DNA of 40,000 nucleotides from Proteus phage 10, in sequence record MT661596.1, one strand, 5' to 3'. The notes under the pieces were generated by a model, which worked only from the letters and a program-made list of their open reading frames with translations, did no database searches and was not told where the DNA came from. A program made the translations under genes and the position numbers. This document shows positions 18,004-28,023 of this stretch, piece after piece (position 1 is the stretch's first letter; each line of letters opens with the position of its first letter).

Positions 18004-19108
18004 CATACTTCAAACCGGTGATGTTCATTTTGGACACAAACGAACGCCAACACACAACATCATTCAGTCATTAAACCAGATGATGTATGTCGATAATAAT
18101 TTAAGGGATGTGGACGCTGTTATTATTAATGGTGATTTATTCGATTCACTGTTGCCTATGCCACATCCTGATGCATTAGCTGCTCGGCAGTGGATGCGTA
18201 ACTTTGTTTACCAATGTGAAATAAACAACACAATTGTCATTAGTTTAGAAGGAACCCCAGACCATGATTGGAAGCAAGGTTTGGAGTTCACCGCGTTCGA
18301 AACGACCTGTGATATACGACATACTACAGAGTTAAGTATAGAGCGTATAGAAAAACTAGGGCTTACCATCCTTTATGTACCTGACGAGTGTAGAGCAACC
18401 CCAGAACTAGTATGGCAGGATGTCTGTGCACTACTGGCTAAAAACAATCTGGATAAAGTCGATATTGCACTTGTTCATAGTGGTTTCGATTTTCAGTATC
18501 CACCTGGGTTAGGTATTAAATCACACGACTCTTCTTTATATAGCGGTATTGTAAAATACGGTGTTTTTGCTAACCATGTTCATACCGCAGCACAGTTAAA
18601 GAAGGTTTATGGCCCTGGGTCGTTAACACGACTTGCTCATAATGAAGAAGAACCGAAAGGTTACCACAAAATCAACATTAACCATGAAACTGAAAAAATG
18701 ATTGTTCAGTGGATAGAGAATAAGCATGCATGGACGTATAAAGCATACGACGTGTCTGGTTTATCTATGGAACAAATTATTGAATTAGGTAGATTAAAAG
18801 CAATAGGTCTACAAGACGGTTCTTATGTTAGATTTGACTTTGGTGACCCTGTTGTAGTTCGCTCTGCTATTGCTCAGTTAGGTATTGAATTACCTTATGT
18901 CATCTGGGAGATGAAGAAAGAGAAACGAAGCAAGCGAGAAGAGGATGATATCGCCTTTACTAAGGAACGATTCAACAGTCCTAGTTTAACCAGGGAAAAT
19001 TCTATCGGAGTGATTACCGACTGGATAAACAGGAAGCGACAGGTAAGTGACGATACGATGAATAACGTTGTATCTGTTCTAAACAATGCAATTAAAGAAG
19101 TAGGTTAA
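17981..19108 (+). CDS. SbcD/Mre11-like nuclease (calcineurin-like phosphoesterase)
   Basis: QTGDVHFGH, NGDLFDS, EGTPDHD, LVHSGF, FANHVHTA correspond in order to metallophosphoesterase motifs I-V. Confidence 0.82.
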   Translation: METLKSINILQTGDVHFGHKRTPTHNIIQSLNQMMYVDNNLRDVDAVIINGDLFDSLLPMPHPDALAARQWMRNFVYQCEINNTIVISLEGTPDHDWKQGLEFTAFETTCDIRHTTELSIERIEKLGLTILYVPDECRATPELVWQDVCALLAKNNLDKVDIALVHSGFDFQYPPGLGIKSHDSSLYSGIVKYGVFANHVHTAAQLKKVYGPGSLTRLAHNEEEPKGYHKININHETEKMIVQWIENKHAWTYKAYDVSGLSMEQIIELGRLKAIGLQDGSYVRFDFGDPVVVRSAIAQLGIELPYVIWEMKKEKRSKREEDDIAFTKERFNSPSLTRENSIGVITDWINRKRQVSDDTMNNVVSVLNNAIKEVG

Positions 19109-19110
19109 TC

Positions 19111-19908
19111 ATGGCCGATAGAGTAATAGGTATGTTGCCGATATCTGTCGGCACGTCACTAGCAATAGAAGGGTTGATTGATAAAGGTGGATTACCTATA
19201 CACAACCTAGCGTTAAATATCGGTACGTTATTTAGAAATGCTTATCAGGCTTACGAGACTGATGACAGACCTAAACTAACTTCAGATATACTTTATAAAG
19301 ATGTACTGCAAGACTTAACAGGTATCTTCCAAAATTTAAAGAATATAAGTAAAGTAAAGGAACCTAAGATGGTTCCTTACCACTGCACCTATGCCGGTCT
19401 AGCAAGAAGTTTCCCAAAGGCTAAGTTATGGACACCAACAACGGAGAAGCAAAAAGCCTATGCCGAATTAGAACGACTTACAACAAATAAAATACTAACA
19501 GAAATGCGAGGTTATATTGAGCGCGTTGATTTTACGATACCAAAATCAACGACTAATACCTATGTAATCACACACCATGTTGTTGATTTACTGACACCAT
19601 CTGGTACGGGCGATGTCACATTACTTGAGTCACATACAGGTGCGCTAAAAGACAAAGAACTCTGGTACACTAAACTAACTAACGGAAATGAACTTAAGAG
19701 AATACCCTTTAACAAGATGACGTTATCAGTATTTGGTGATAAATCCGTTAATTTTAAAGCTAATGGATTTAAGCTACGTTCAGCTGTAATGTCAACAGCC
19801 GAAGAATATAAGTGGACACCAATGACGACTCATGAGCGCATTCGATTAACACTTGGTTATCTTAAGGACAAAGAGTTAGCATCCGAGTTATTATCTATGT
19901 TGGTATAA
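19111..19908 (+). CDS. Hypothetical protein
   Basis: ORF 265 aa between the nuclease and the SSB-like gene. Confidence 0.75.
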   Translation: MADRVIGMLPISVGTSLAIEGLIDKGGLPIHNLALNIGTLFRNAYQAYETDDRPKLTSDILYKDVLQDLTGIFQNLKNISKVKEPKMVPYHCTYAGLARSFPKAKLWTPTTEKQKAYAELERLTTNKILTEMRGYIERVDFTIPKSTTNTYVITHHVVDLLTPSGTGDVTLLESHTGALKDKELWYTKLTNGNELKRIPFNKMTLSVFGDKSVNFKANGFKLRSAVMSTAEEYKWTPMTTHERIRLTLGYLKDKELASELLSMLV

Positions 19909-19972
19909 TCGAACATAAACCCATTATCATTTAGAGAAGTACATACCTTATTCGAATAAGTAGGAGTTTTCA

Positions 19973-20683
19973 ATGTCAAACGCTAAACGTAAATTTACCC
20001 CTCGTGAAAAAAGTTATTTGAGCGAGTTCACCCTTGGTATGCAAGGTCCTGTTCAAAATGGTGCACAGTTTCCAGCTGAGTTCCGAATGGCGTTTGCAGC
20101 TAATAAAGTCGCTATCCAAGTAGAAACAAAGAACCGTGATGCTAAAAACTTCGGTCGTTTCGAAGTTGTTGTTCCGTACATGTCGGCAATTGGTATTCTT
20201 AACACCATTGACTTGTTGATTCAGGATAAGAATCGAAACAAAGCACAATACCGTGTTAAAGACTTTGTGTTCTTTGGTCCTGGTAATAAATCTGACGCAC
20301 CTATGGTTAAAGGTACACTGACTGTTGGTCGCGATACAGAGGGTTGTTTGTACATTGGGTTGTCAGGTAAAGACATCACACCAATCAAATTCATCTTCTC
20401 CCTTAAACATGATGAACTGACCAACGACCAGGGCGAACCTGTCAATGCAGCAGAAATGGCAGAGTTTGCAGCTAAAGTATTTGTTGAAACTTATAAAGGA
20501 TTGCTACCGGTGGTAATGGCACTTCATTATAAAGAACCTGAACCTAAAAATCCAGCAGGCGGTAATGGTGGACAACAGGGCGGTGGCAACAGCTATGGTG
20601 GTGGTCGTGGTAACAGTAATTACGGCGGTAGTCGTAACAACGCACCTGCTCCTAAAGACTTTGATGACGACATTCCGTTCTAA
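19973..20683 (+). CDS. Single-stranded DNA-binding protein-like
   Basis: Gly/Asn-rich linker and terminal acidic-hydrophobic tip DFDDDIPF, the SSB C-terminal hallmark. Confidence 0.75.
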   Translation: MSNAKRKFTPREKSYLSEFTLGMQGPVQNGAQFPAEFRMAFAANKVAIQVETKNRDAKNFGRFEVVVPYMSAIGILNTIDLLIQDKNRNKAQYRVKDFVFFGPGNKSDAPMVKGTLTVGRDTEGCLYIGLSGKDITPIKFIFSLKHDELTNDQGEPVNAAEMAEFAAKVFVETYKGLLPVVMALHYKEPEPKNPAGGNGGQQGGGNSYGGGRGNSNYGGSRNNAPAPKDFDDDIPF

Positions 20684-20709
20684 GTTTAATGTGAATAACA
20701 TTTAATAAA

Positions 20710-20740
20710 GCTGGGGTCTAACGACTCCAGCCCTTATGCC
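20710..20740 (+). terminator. Hairpin (GCTGGGGTC/GACTCCAGC) followed by TTATGCC
   Basis: One G-U pair in a 9-bp stem; 26 nt after the stop at 20683. Confidence 0.65.
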
Positions 20741-20802
20741 GTCTGTATTATTCGACATAAACAATCTAATATATAGGTGGATGAATTCAAAATATTTACA
20801 CA

Positions 20803-20812
20803 CCTACATTAT
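20803..20812 (+). promoter_or_regulatory. Promoter-like motif CCTACATTAT
   Basis: 32 nt upstream of ATG 20845; part of the longer match CCTACATTATCA[AG]TGTGTA shared with 33444. Confidence 0.5.
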
Positions 20813-20844
20813 CAGTGTGTAGAATGTAGATTAAGGAATGTAGC

Positions 20845-22377
20845 ATGCATTTAACTTATAGCACAAAGTCAACAACAGACAGAGTGTACTTAAATGAAAT
20901 CATCGTTGTTCACGATGAAGAAGCCGTAGTGTTTCACGAACAACCGTTTTACAAGTCCGAAGAAAAAGACCACCATGACACCTTTGCAGAAATCAATGGT
21001 TACATTGCAGCGTGTATTCCAAGAGAAACACAAAAACGCATGTTTGATATTTATAAGGAGATAAAAGAAACTTTAGATACCGTAAAACCAGAACCAAAAG
21101 CGCTAATCCCTATTCTTTCACCTCTTGTCATAGAGCTGTATAGTTATACAAGCATTGTTGATTTAAATGTATGGATGTATAAAAACAGATTACATCATGT
21201 ACCTTCAATCATTCCAGAAGTAATCCCCTCAGGTAAAGAATATCCGCCAGAAACAACTTATGTGAAAGATGAGTATATTGGTATTATTAATCTATCTGTA
21301 CTTCTTCATCTTGCAGCTCCATTCCTTGGAGATTACATTAATAAGATATCACGAATAACAGGTGGGTTCTTTAAAGAACCAGCTGGTTTAGAGTTATTAG
21401 AGTACACAAGTGTGATGGATACAAAAGCAATGCATAAGTTGCGAGAGTATATCACAGCTAGTTGTTCTAAGAAACCTGTTCCGTTAAGTGCTGCTTTAGA
21501 GGGTTTATCAGAAGAACGATTCCCGGAATGGTTACTGGGTAACATAGTAGCACGAAAACTCGCTATTAATCATGTTAGACGTGGTGATGATAACGGGCAC
21601 ATCGTTGCAGCTATCCATGCTTACATCGGGTATAACACGAAACTAGATGGTAAGTTTGGTGGTGGTATCATGCCAAAAGACCACAGGGAGTTGATTAGCG
21701 ATGATGAACGCGATAAACCTGTAATCGAAAACTGGAAGATGAAAACAGATATCTACGAAACAGATATTTGTGTTTGCGCAGTCGGTTTTGATGATTTGGT
21801 ATTAGCAGGGCAAACCATTGCACCAGGTATTACGGCAAAAATAATTAATCGTTGTGTGCGCGCTATTCCAAAAGGTTGGAATATGGAACTATCACCACAT
21901 CAGCGGTATTTAGCTGATTGGGTTATTTCAATGACGGACTATGTACCACCAGAAACAATGGACGGTTATTACGATTATGATGTTAGCTGTAAAATTATTG
22001 GATTAGCGCAGGCTGTCTTTTGGCATCTTGGTTATCCACAGCTTGCTGTATTTGTGGCAACGAGTCCTGCGAAAGAGGTGTTTGAATATTCTCGTCGTAC
22101 CATCGACTCTGTCCCGGCAGCCCGTAAATTAGAAGTTGAGAGTTTATACGGTGTCATGCTGGATAAACGTTCAGGTCCTAATGACGGATTGGTAAGTAGG
22201 ACATTAGATGAAATTGTATCTTCCTTAACAAATGGTGTCTACACAGTCAGTGGTCCAGATGAATTACTTGCTGAATCAATGTGTGTTGATATCGATAGAC
22301 AACTAATAGTTCCAAGTGATGTTAACTTTAAACTATTAGACTTCATACAGTTTGTGGCAACAAACAATCAAAAGTAA
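20845..22377 (+). CDS. Candidate fifth non-virion RNAP subunit (phiKZ gp68-like)
   Basis: Size (510 aa) and position upstream of the RNAP beta C/beta' C genes; no sequence motif recognised. Confidence 0.4.
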   Translation: MHLTYSTKSTTDRVYLNEIIVVHDEEAVVFHEQPFYKSEEKDHHDTFAEINGYIAACIPRETQKRMFDIYKEIKETLDTVKPEPKALIPILSPLVIELYSYTSIVDLNVWMYKNRLHHVPSIIPEVIPSGKEYPPETTYVKDEYIGIINLSVLLHLAAPFLGDYINKISRITGGFFKEPAGLELLEYTSVMDTKAMHKLREYITASCSKKPVPLSAALEGLSEERFPEWLLGNIVARKLAINHVRRGDDNGHIVAAIHAYIGYNTKLDGKFGGGIMPKDHRELISDDERDKPVIENWKMKTDIYETDICVCAVGFDDLVLAGQTIAPGITAKIINRCVRAIPKGWNMELSPHQRYLADWVISMTDYVPPETMDGYYDYDVSCKIIGLAQAVFWHLGYPQLAVFVATSPAKEVFEYSRRTIDSVPAARKLEVESLYGVMLDKRSGPNDGLVSRTLDEIVSSLTNGVYTVSGPDELLAESMCVDIDRQLIVPSDVNFKLLDFIQFVATNNQK

Positions 22378-22412
22378 ACCAATTAATAATTTCTTAATAA
22401 GGGCAAAGCAAA

Positions 22413-23909
22413 ATGTTACATCAAAATCACCAATCTCAAGGTTACGTTGAAAAAGCTGTACTGTGCCGTACTCCAGGGTACGCATCAATGTACCGTCGCC
22501 CATATCTACCAAATTTAAGTCAAGATGCCCGTGTTGTTTTAGGTGAAGTCGGCGCTAACACCGGTTGGTCAGCAGCAGCTATTGCACCCGTAGCTGCAAC
22601 AATGCTATTGCCTCAGATTCAAACAGAGTCTCAGGCGTTTATTGCAAATGGCTGGGATTCCGAACGTTGTGTCTGTAACTTAAAAATCGTTCACGGTACT
22701 AATGAATCAGGAACCGTTAAATACGTTCAATATCTTACAGGGTACACAAATCACATGGGTATGATGAAACACCCTAATGGATTAATCGTTGTTGACCCTA
22801 ATATGGAAGTGTATTTTAACAACTCCCTAATTTACCAGGAAACAGTATACACGAACGGTATGGGTATTTCTCAGGTCAGTATCGTGCCTGTTGATGCATC
22901 CCAGTTAGTTATGGGTAATGCGGCTGCAAGTATGTACGACCCAAGAGACTATAGTCTTCGTCCTGCTGATGTGTATAGTACCATCAATAGTTCTATCTTG
23001 ATGGAAACAACGAATCGTTATGACACTAGTCGTGGCACACAACCTTCAACAGCTAACTTGTATGATTCCCGTGTTCAGTTCCAGCAAGGGACACCATTTA
23101 AGAAATCATCACGTAGCAACTTATCACCTTCTAACTATCTGTCTAAGTTGTTAACAACCGCAGCAGATGTTGCGTTACAGAATGCAGGTATCCCAACAGA
23201 CCCAGGTGAAGTTAGTACACAAATTCAATCTGGTCTTGCAGAAGGATATATCACATCAGACCAAACATTACGCGCTATGCTAGACCGTACTGGGTTAGCA
23301 GAAAATCGTTTTGTTCGTTGGGGTGAGTTAATTCAGCTATACCCTAACCTTGAAAGTGTTGTTGTGAAAGCAGGTATGGATTCGGCACAAGTTCAGGGCG
23401 CTGTAGGTATGACTGGCTCTGCAGACTTCGCAGCAGCTTCATACAGTTGCGTGTTAGCACATACCTTGTATAACACAGCAACGTCTATCATGATGGAAGA
23501 TATGATTTCGACTATCCATATTAGTGGTAATAACATGTCAGCAACAAATATCACAACAGGTATTAATGCTGGTGATTTCATCTTAAATACAACGTATGCG
23601 GAAAGCTTTATTGATGGTCGTCCTGTTGAGCTTATCTGTGAAGGGTTCAAGAGTCGTCTTGTTGCAGAACTCCTTGTTGGGTTCACAAGACATAACCATG
23701 TACCTATTGCATTCAATATCGCAATGAGTATGTTTGGTGAATCTGTTGTTGACATATCTTACAACAATGAAATGATGGAGCGCTATCCATTCCCGGCATT
23801 TGCTGATTCTGCATTCACACCGGTCTTAACAGCAAATAGAACTAACCTAATGACTCTCGCGTCAGAAACTCGAGCTCTAAACAATTCACTTCTTAATCAA
23901 CTTATCTAA
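22413..23909 (+). CDS. Conserved phage protein, candidate for the nucleus import factor position (phiKZ gp69/Imp1, PicA)
   Basis: Synteny only: follows the gp68-like gene and precedes the RNAP beta C subunit. Confidence 0.35.
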   Translation: MLHQNHQSQGYVEKAVLCRTPGYASMYRRPYLPNLSQDARVVLGEVGANTGWSAAAIAPVAATMLLPQIQTESQAFIANGWDSERCVCNLKIVHGTNESGTVKYVQYLTGYTNHMGMMKHPNGLIVVDPNMEVYFNNSLIYQETVYTNGMGISQVSIVPVDASQLVMGNAAASMYDPRDYSLRPADVYSTINSSILMETTNRYDTSRGTQPSTANLYDSRVQFQQGTPFKKSSRSNLSPSNYLSKLLTTAADVALQNAGIPTDPGEVSTQIQSGLAEGYITSDQTLRAMLDRTGLAENRFVRWGELIQLYPNLESVVVKAGMDSAQVQGAVGMTGSADFAAASYSCVLAHTLYNTATSIMMEDMISTIHISGNNMSATNITTGINAGDFILNTTYAESFIDGRPVELICEGFKSRLVAELLVGFTRHNHVPIAFNIAMSMFGESVVDISYNNEMMERYPFPAFADSAFTPVLTANRTNLMTLASETRALNNSLLNQLI

Positions 23910-23924
23910 TTGGAATTTAAATAA

Positions 23925-25409
23925 ATGACTATCTTAGAATATTACCAGAAATTAATCGAGTCAATGGGTTATGTTGTTAATGACAACGGCGAAGTGCTGT
24001 TCGAAACAAGTAAAGGGGAGATGTCCCCTATTCGTATCGACGGTAAAGCTCTGGTCTTACCAACAAAAGAGTTCCAAAACAAACCGGATTGGAACACTAA
24101 AGTTGCGTTCCACCCATTGAGTGAATCTATCGCGCGTGGCGAGTCTGAAGTAATTCAGAAACTGCAGGATATGATTCGTGTTCAAATGTGGAAGCAATAT
24201 ACTTCTGTTGGTGAAACTTTATTGGTAATGGCTGCAAATGACACACCTAAAGGCGGGTTAACAGCAGCACAAACTAAAATCTTAAGTGTACTAGCAGATG
24301 CGGATGAGAAGACAGTTAAGGCTTTTGGCTCTATTATCTCTCGAAGCACAACAGCAATAGAAGAAGGTGAAGACCGAAGAATTCTTAATCTGTATCTTCG
24401 TCGCGGTGGGACAGCAAACGGTGAGCGTTATTCGCGTCAATGTGTTGTGTCATTCCCTCTGTATGAAGCTATTTGTGCAGCGGAAGATTCTAAAGACCGT
24501 AAAGTATTTGGTGTGGAACTGCGCGTTAAAGATATCAAGGTTCTAAAAGCACTGCACGAAGTTATGTTACCAGGTAGTGATACTGGTGCTTATAATTACG
24601 GAACAACCGCATCTATTGCACCTTACTTTGTATCACTGATGGGTGCCTATGTTAACATGGCTAATCAGTTAAACAATGTTATTAAACCGTTCATGCGTTT
24701 AACAAAAAGTGTTAAACCTATTGATACGTCTTGGGATGTTGGTGACGACCTTAAACAATACCGTGCAATGATTCCACCGATGCCGTATAACGAAGGTCAT
24801 GATGTGTTTGGTAAGCAAGAAGCAACACCTCAACCTGTTGCTCAACAACCAGCAATCCAACCACCTTCTATGAATCTTAACCAATCAACAACGCCTGCAC
24901 AAACACAACAACCTCAATATCAACAACCTACTGCGCCAACACACCCACCAAAGGTTAAGCCAGAATCTACTGGTAATGGTCTTAAGTGGGGTAGTCTGCC
25001 ATTAGGTCAACAACAACAGCAAATGCAAATGGGTTTCCAACAACCAATGGGTATGATGCAACCTCAAATGCCAATGCAGATGCCAATGCAGAGTGGTGTA
25101 ATGACGCAATCTCCGTATCAAGCAGGTATGATGCAGCCACAACAAATGCAACAACCGATGATGAACCCATGGCAGCAGCAGATGCCATTGATGGCTAATG
25201 GGATGCCTCAACCACCAATGCCTCAACCAACTCAACCACAACAACAGTTCCAACCGCAGATGGGTATGCAGCAACCACCAATGATGCAAGCTCAGATGCA
25301 GATGTATCCACAATTTCAACCTCAATTCCAGCAACCAATGGGTTTCCAACAACCAATGGGAATGCCACCAATGGGTGGGGTGCAGATTCCAGGTATGAAG
25401 TTTCGTTAA
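23925..25409 (+). CDS. Protein with structured N-terminal half and long Q/M/P-rich tail
   Basis: 494 aa; residues from about 285 onward are dominated by Q, M and P. Confidence 0.85.
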   Translation: MTILEYYQKLIESMGYVVNDNGEVLFETSKGEMSPIRIDGKALVLPTKEFQNKPDWNTKVAFHPLSESIARGESEVIQKLQDMIRVQMWKQYTSVGETLLVMAANDTPKGGLTAAQTKILSVLADADEKTVKAFGSIISRSTTAIEEGEDRRILNLYLRRGGTANGERYSRQCVVSFPLYEAICAAEDSKDRKVFGVELRVKDIKVLKALHEVMLPGSDTGAYNYGTTASIAPYFVSLMGAYVNMANQLNNVIKPFMRLTKSVKPIDTSWDVGDDLKQYRAMIPPMPYNEGHDVFGKQEATPQPVAQQPAIQPPSMNLNQSTTPAQTQQPQYQQPTAPTHPPKVKPESTGNGLKWGSLPLGQQQQQMQMGFQQPMGMMQPQMPMQMPMQSGVMTQSPYQAGMMQPQQMQQPMMNPWQQQMPLMANGMPQPPMPQPTQPQQQFQPQMGMQQPPMMQAQMQMYPQFQPQFQQPMGFQQPMGMPPMGGVQIPGMKFR

Positions 25410-25422
25410 ATAAACACAAACC

Positions 25423-25454
25423 GGCATAACAGGAGCTCCTTTCGGGGAGCTCCT
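25423..25454 (-). terminator. Hairpin with TTATGCC on the minus strand at a convergent junction
   Basis: GGCATAA 25423-25429; stem AGGAGCTCC/GGAGCTCCT (25431-25439/25446-25454). Confidence 0.7.
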
Positions 25455-25464
25455 TATCAGCCAA

Positions 25465-25818
25465 TCATTTTTTATTTGGTTTAATCTGATTCATACGAAA
25501 TAAGTTAATAGTGTTAACCAATAACTCCTCATCTTCATCAATTAGATATAACCCGTTTTCTAAAGGATACCAATCTACCGTATTGGTTATTCCGTTTAGA
25601 TGCATTGTCAGCCAGTGTAGGTGTTGCGGTACACCTATCTCTGCTAGAAACATTCTAAAATCACCATGCTCGTTATAAGAAACTAAATCAATGGGAACGT
25701 TCGTTGGTTTAATTTTCTTTCTTAACATGGGGATGTGATGTTGTAAAACAACTCTAAATGATGGGTCGTAATATATCCGTTGTTTAGCCACTTGTAATTT
25801 ATTCTGCACACCAAGCAT
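25465..25818 (-). CDS. Putative small structural protein (possibly baseplate wedge)
   Basis: 117 aa; pattern YNEHGDFRMFLAEIGVPQHLHWLTMHLNGITNTVDWYPL loosely recalls gp53-like baseplate proteins. Confidence 0.35.
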   Translation of the reverse strand: MLGVQNKLQVAKQRIYYDPSFRVVLQHHIPMLRKKIKPTNVPIDLVSYNEHGDFRMFLAEIGVPQHLHWLTMHLNGITNTVDWYPLENGLYLIDEDEELLVNTINLFRMNQIKPNKK

Positions 25819-25846
25819 TTTTGTTCACCCGTTAGATAATAATAAA

Positions 25847-25856
25847 CCTATATTAT
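25847..25856 (+). promoter_or_regulatory. Promoter-like motif CCTATATTAT
   Basis: 33 nt upstream of ATG 25890. Confidence 0.5.
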
Positions 25857-25889
25857 CTAATTGAATATCAACTAATAATCACGGAGTTC

Positions 25890-28001
25890 ATGATGGATAA
25901 CGTAGTAGAAGCAAGTCAATTATCACCAGAGTTACTTGGTGGTATTATGGCGTTAAACCCAACCATTCATGGAGATAGTAGTCCACGTTCAGCAATGTTC
26001 GGTAGTCACATTGGGCAATGTGTCGTTATCGAGGGTAGTGAACCACGGATGATGAAGACAGGTGTTGAATACGAATACGGTAAACAAACCTTTAAAGTAG
26101 TCGCGCCTTGTGATATGCGTATCACCAACGTATTTAAACGATTTGAGGAAACTTACGGTTATAATGCAATTAAGAAGAACCCTGAAATCTATGTAATTTA
26201 TGAACGACTAACTAATAAAACAAGAAATACTTCGGGAATGAATGTCTTCGGTGTATTAAAGATACCTACATATCACACTAAAAATCACGCATTGGGTTTT
26301 AAATACGTATTAAATAAGAAAGCGTTACAACTACTTCGTCCGGGTAACATTGTTCAAGAAGGTACGGTGTTTGCACAATCACCTAACTTAACTGAAACAG
26401 GAGATTACAAATACGGTATTAATGCTAACGTAGCTTTTATGTCAACACCAGAAGCTGAACAGGATGGGTTTGTTGTAACGGATGAATTTGCTGAGCGTTT
26501 AGCGTGCACAAAAATAGAATCAAGAATCGTGTCGTGGGGTGAGAATAAAATCTTACTTAACTTATACGGTGATGATACTGTTTATAAGGCGTATCCTGAT
26601 ATTGGTGAATGTATTCGTCCAGATGGATTATTGTTTGCCATTAGAACAATACGCCCGGGGTTTGGTATCACATCGATGACACCTAAAGCACTTAGAACTA
26701 TAAACCCAATCTTTGATGAATTGGTTTATGCTGAAGCAGGTGCTGAAATCATTAATGTGAATATCAAGTCTGATAGAATGCGTACCGGGCGTCAGGAAGT
26801 TCAGTTCTATGATAAACAATCTGAGAAGTATGAAAGTGCGTCCAGGGTGTTCTCTAAGAATATCCGTGATATGTACGAACGCATGTCCAGACAGCATCCT
26901 AAGACGCTTGTGTTAGAAAACGAACTAAATCTACTTATAACTGACGCAATATCAGATACAGGTGGCTTAGACCGTAAGCTTAACGCACAGGGTCAAATCA
27001 TCAGTATGGATAAAGGTGCCCAAATCTACAACAAAGTACCTATTGGTGATTGGCGTGCTGAAGTGAGCTATGTTAAACGATTAAAAGCAGGTGTAAGATT
27101 CAAGCTGACCGATACTCACGGCGGTAAAGGAGTTATCGTAAAAGTTATACCTAAAGCAGACGCACCTGTCGATGAATATGGTAATGTTGCTGATGTAATA
27201 ATGGATGATGGTTCTATCACTAAACGTATGAACTTAGGTAAACCAGCAGAGCAGTGGATTAATGGTGCTTCTCGTTGGGTTCATCGTAATGTCAAACAGT
27301 TTGTTTCAGAAGGTAAGCTTGATGAAGCGTGGGATTATTTATTAGGGTATTATAAAGCAGCTGCCTATGAACAGTATGAGTTAATGTCTGGCGGTAATTA
27401 CAACGACCAGGCTTACAGGCACATGCATGTTAATTGGGTGGCTGAGCATGGCGTAGAACTCTGGACACCAACAGATAGAAAATATTACGGTGCAGAGCAG
27501 ATACGCCGTATAATGAAGAACTACGATTACCCAATAACACCTGTCACATACAGAGCACCTAATGGTGAGTTTGTTAAAACTAAAGACCCTGTATTGATTG
27601 CACCACTCTACATTATCCTTCTCGAAAAGATGGGTGAATACTGGGCGTCTTGTTCATTCCCTAAACTAACTCACTTTGGTACACTAGCACCACTAACACA
27701 ATCTGACAAATATGCGTTACCATGGCGTAACGCAGGTACTCGCTTCACAGGGGAATCTGAAATACGTCTTATCGTTGCTGCATGTGGTGGTCGTTATGCA
27801 AACAGAATATTGAGTTTTGCAAACACGCCTTCAATGCATCGTTCTGCTATGTATAAGCTATTACGTGCTGAAAACCCAATGCAGCTTAAGAGTGTTATTG
27901 ATGAGAAGGAAACTCCGTTAGGTCAATCACGACCACTGAATATGTACAAGCACATTCAGAACTGTCGTGGTATTCGTTTAGGTCGTACTAAATCATTTTA
28001 A
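25890..28001 (+). CDS. Phage multisubunit RNA polymerase, beta C-terminal subunit
   Basis: GVRFKLTDTHGGKGVIVKVIPKADAPVDEYGNVADVIMDD resembles the beta GDKxxxRHGNKGVI...P.D..G.p.Dii region; adjacent to the beta' C subunit. Confidence 0.85.
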   Translation: MMDNVVEASQLSPELLGGIMALNPTIHGDSSPRSAMFGSHIGQCVVIEGSEPRMMKTGVEYEYGKQTFKVVAPCDMRITNVFKRFEETYGYNAIKKNPEIYVIYERLTNKTRNTSGMNVFGVLKIPTYHTKNHALGFKYVLNKKALQLLRPGNIVQEGTVFAQSPNLTETGDYKYGINANVAFMSTPEAEQDGFVVTDEFAERLACTKIESRIVSWGENKILLNLYGDDTVYKAYPDIGECIRPDGLLFAIRTIRPGFGITSMTPKALRTINPIFDELVYAEAGAEIINVNIKSDRMRTGRQEVQFYDKQSEKYESASRVFSKNIRDMYERMSRQHPKTLVLENELNLLITDAISDTGGLDRKLNAQGQIISMDKGAQIYNKVPIGDWRAEVSYVKRLKAGVRFKLTDTHGGKGVIVKVIPKADAPVDEYGNVADVIMDDGSITKRMNLGKPAEQWINGASRWVHRNVKQFVSEGKLDEAWDYLLGYYKAAAYEQYELMSGGNYNDQAYRHMHVNWVAEHGVELWTPTDRKYYGAEQIRRIMKNYDYPITPVTYRAPNGEFVKTKDPVLIAPLYIILLEKMGEYWASCSFPKLTHFGTLAPLTQSDKYALPWRNAGTRFTGESEIRLIVAACGGRYANRILSFANTPSMHRSAMYKLLRAENPMQLKSVIDEKETPLGQSRPLNMYKHIQNCRGIRLGRTKSF

Positions 28002-28023
28002 TAACCTGAGGTAAGATATAAAG

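Noticed and set aside
23925-25409. Q/M/P-rich ORF as a tail fibre or virion structural protein
   Set aside because: Position inside the non-virion RNAP neighbourhood and lack of fibre-like repeats make this less likely, though not excluded.
24699-25464. Minus-strand ORFs 24699..24884, 24982..25188, 25002..25427, 25195..25464
   Set aside because: Shadow ORFs of the Q/M/P-rich repeat-like coding region; their Leu/His/Trp-rich or Val/Ala-rich composition reflects antisense translation of CAA/ATG/CCA codons.
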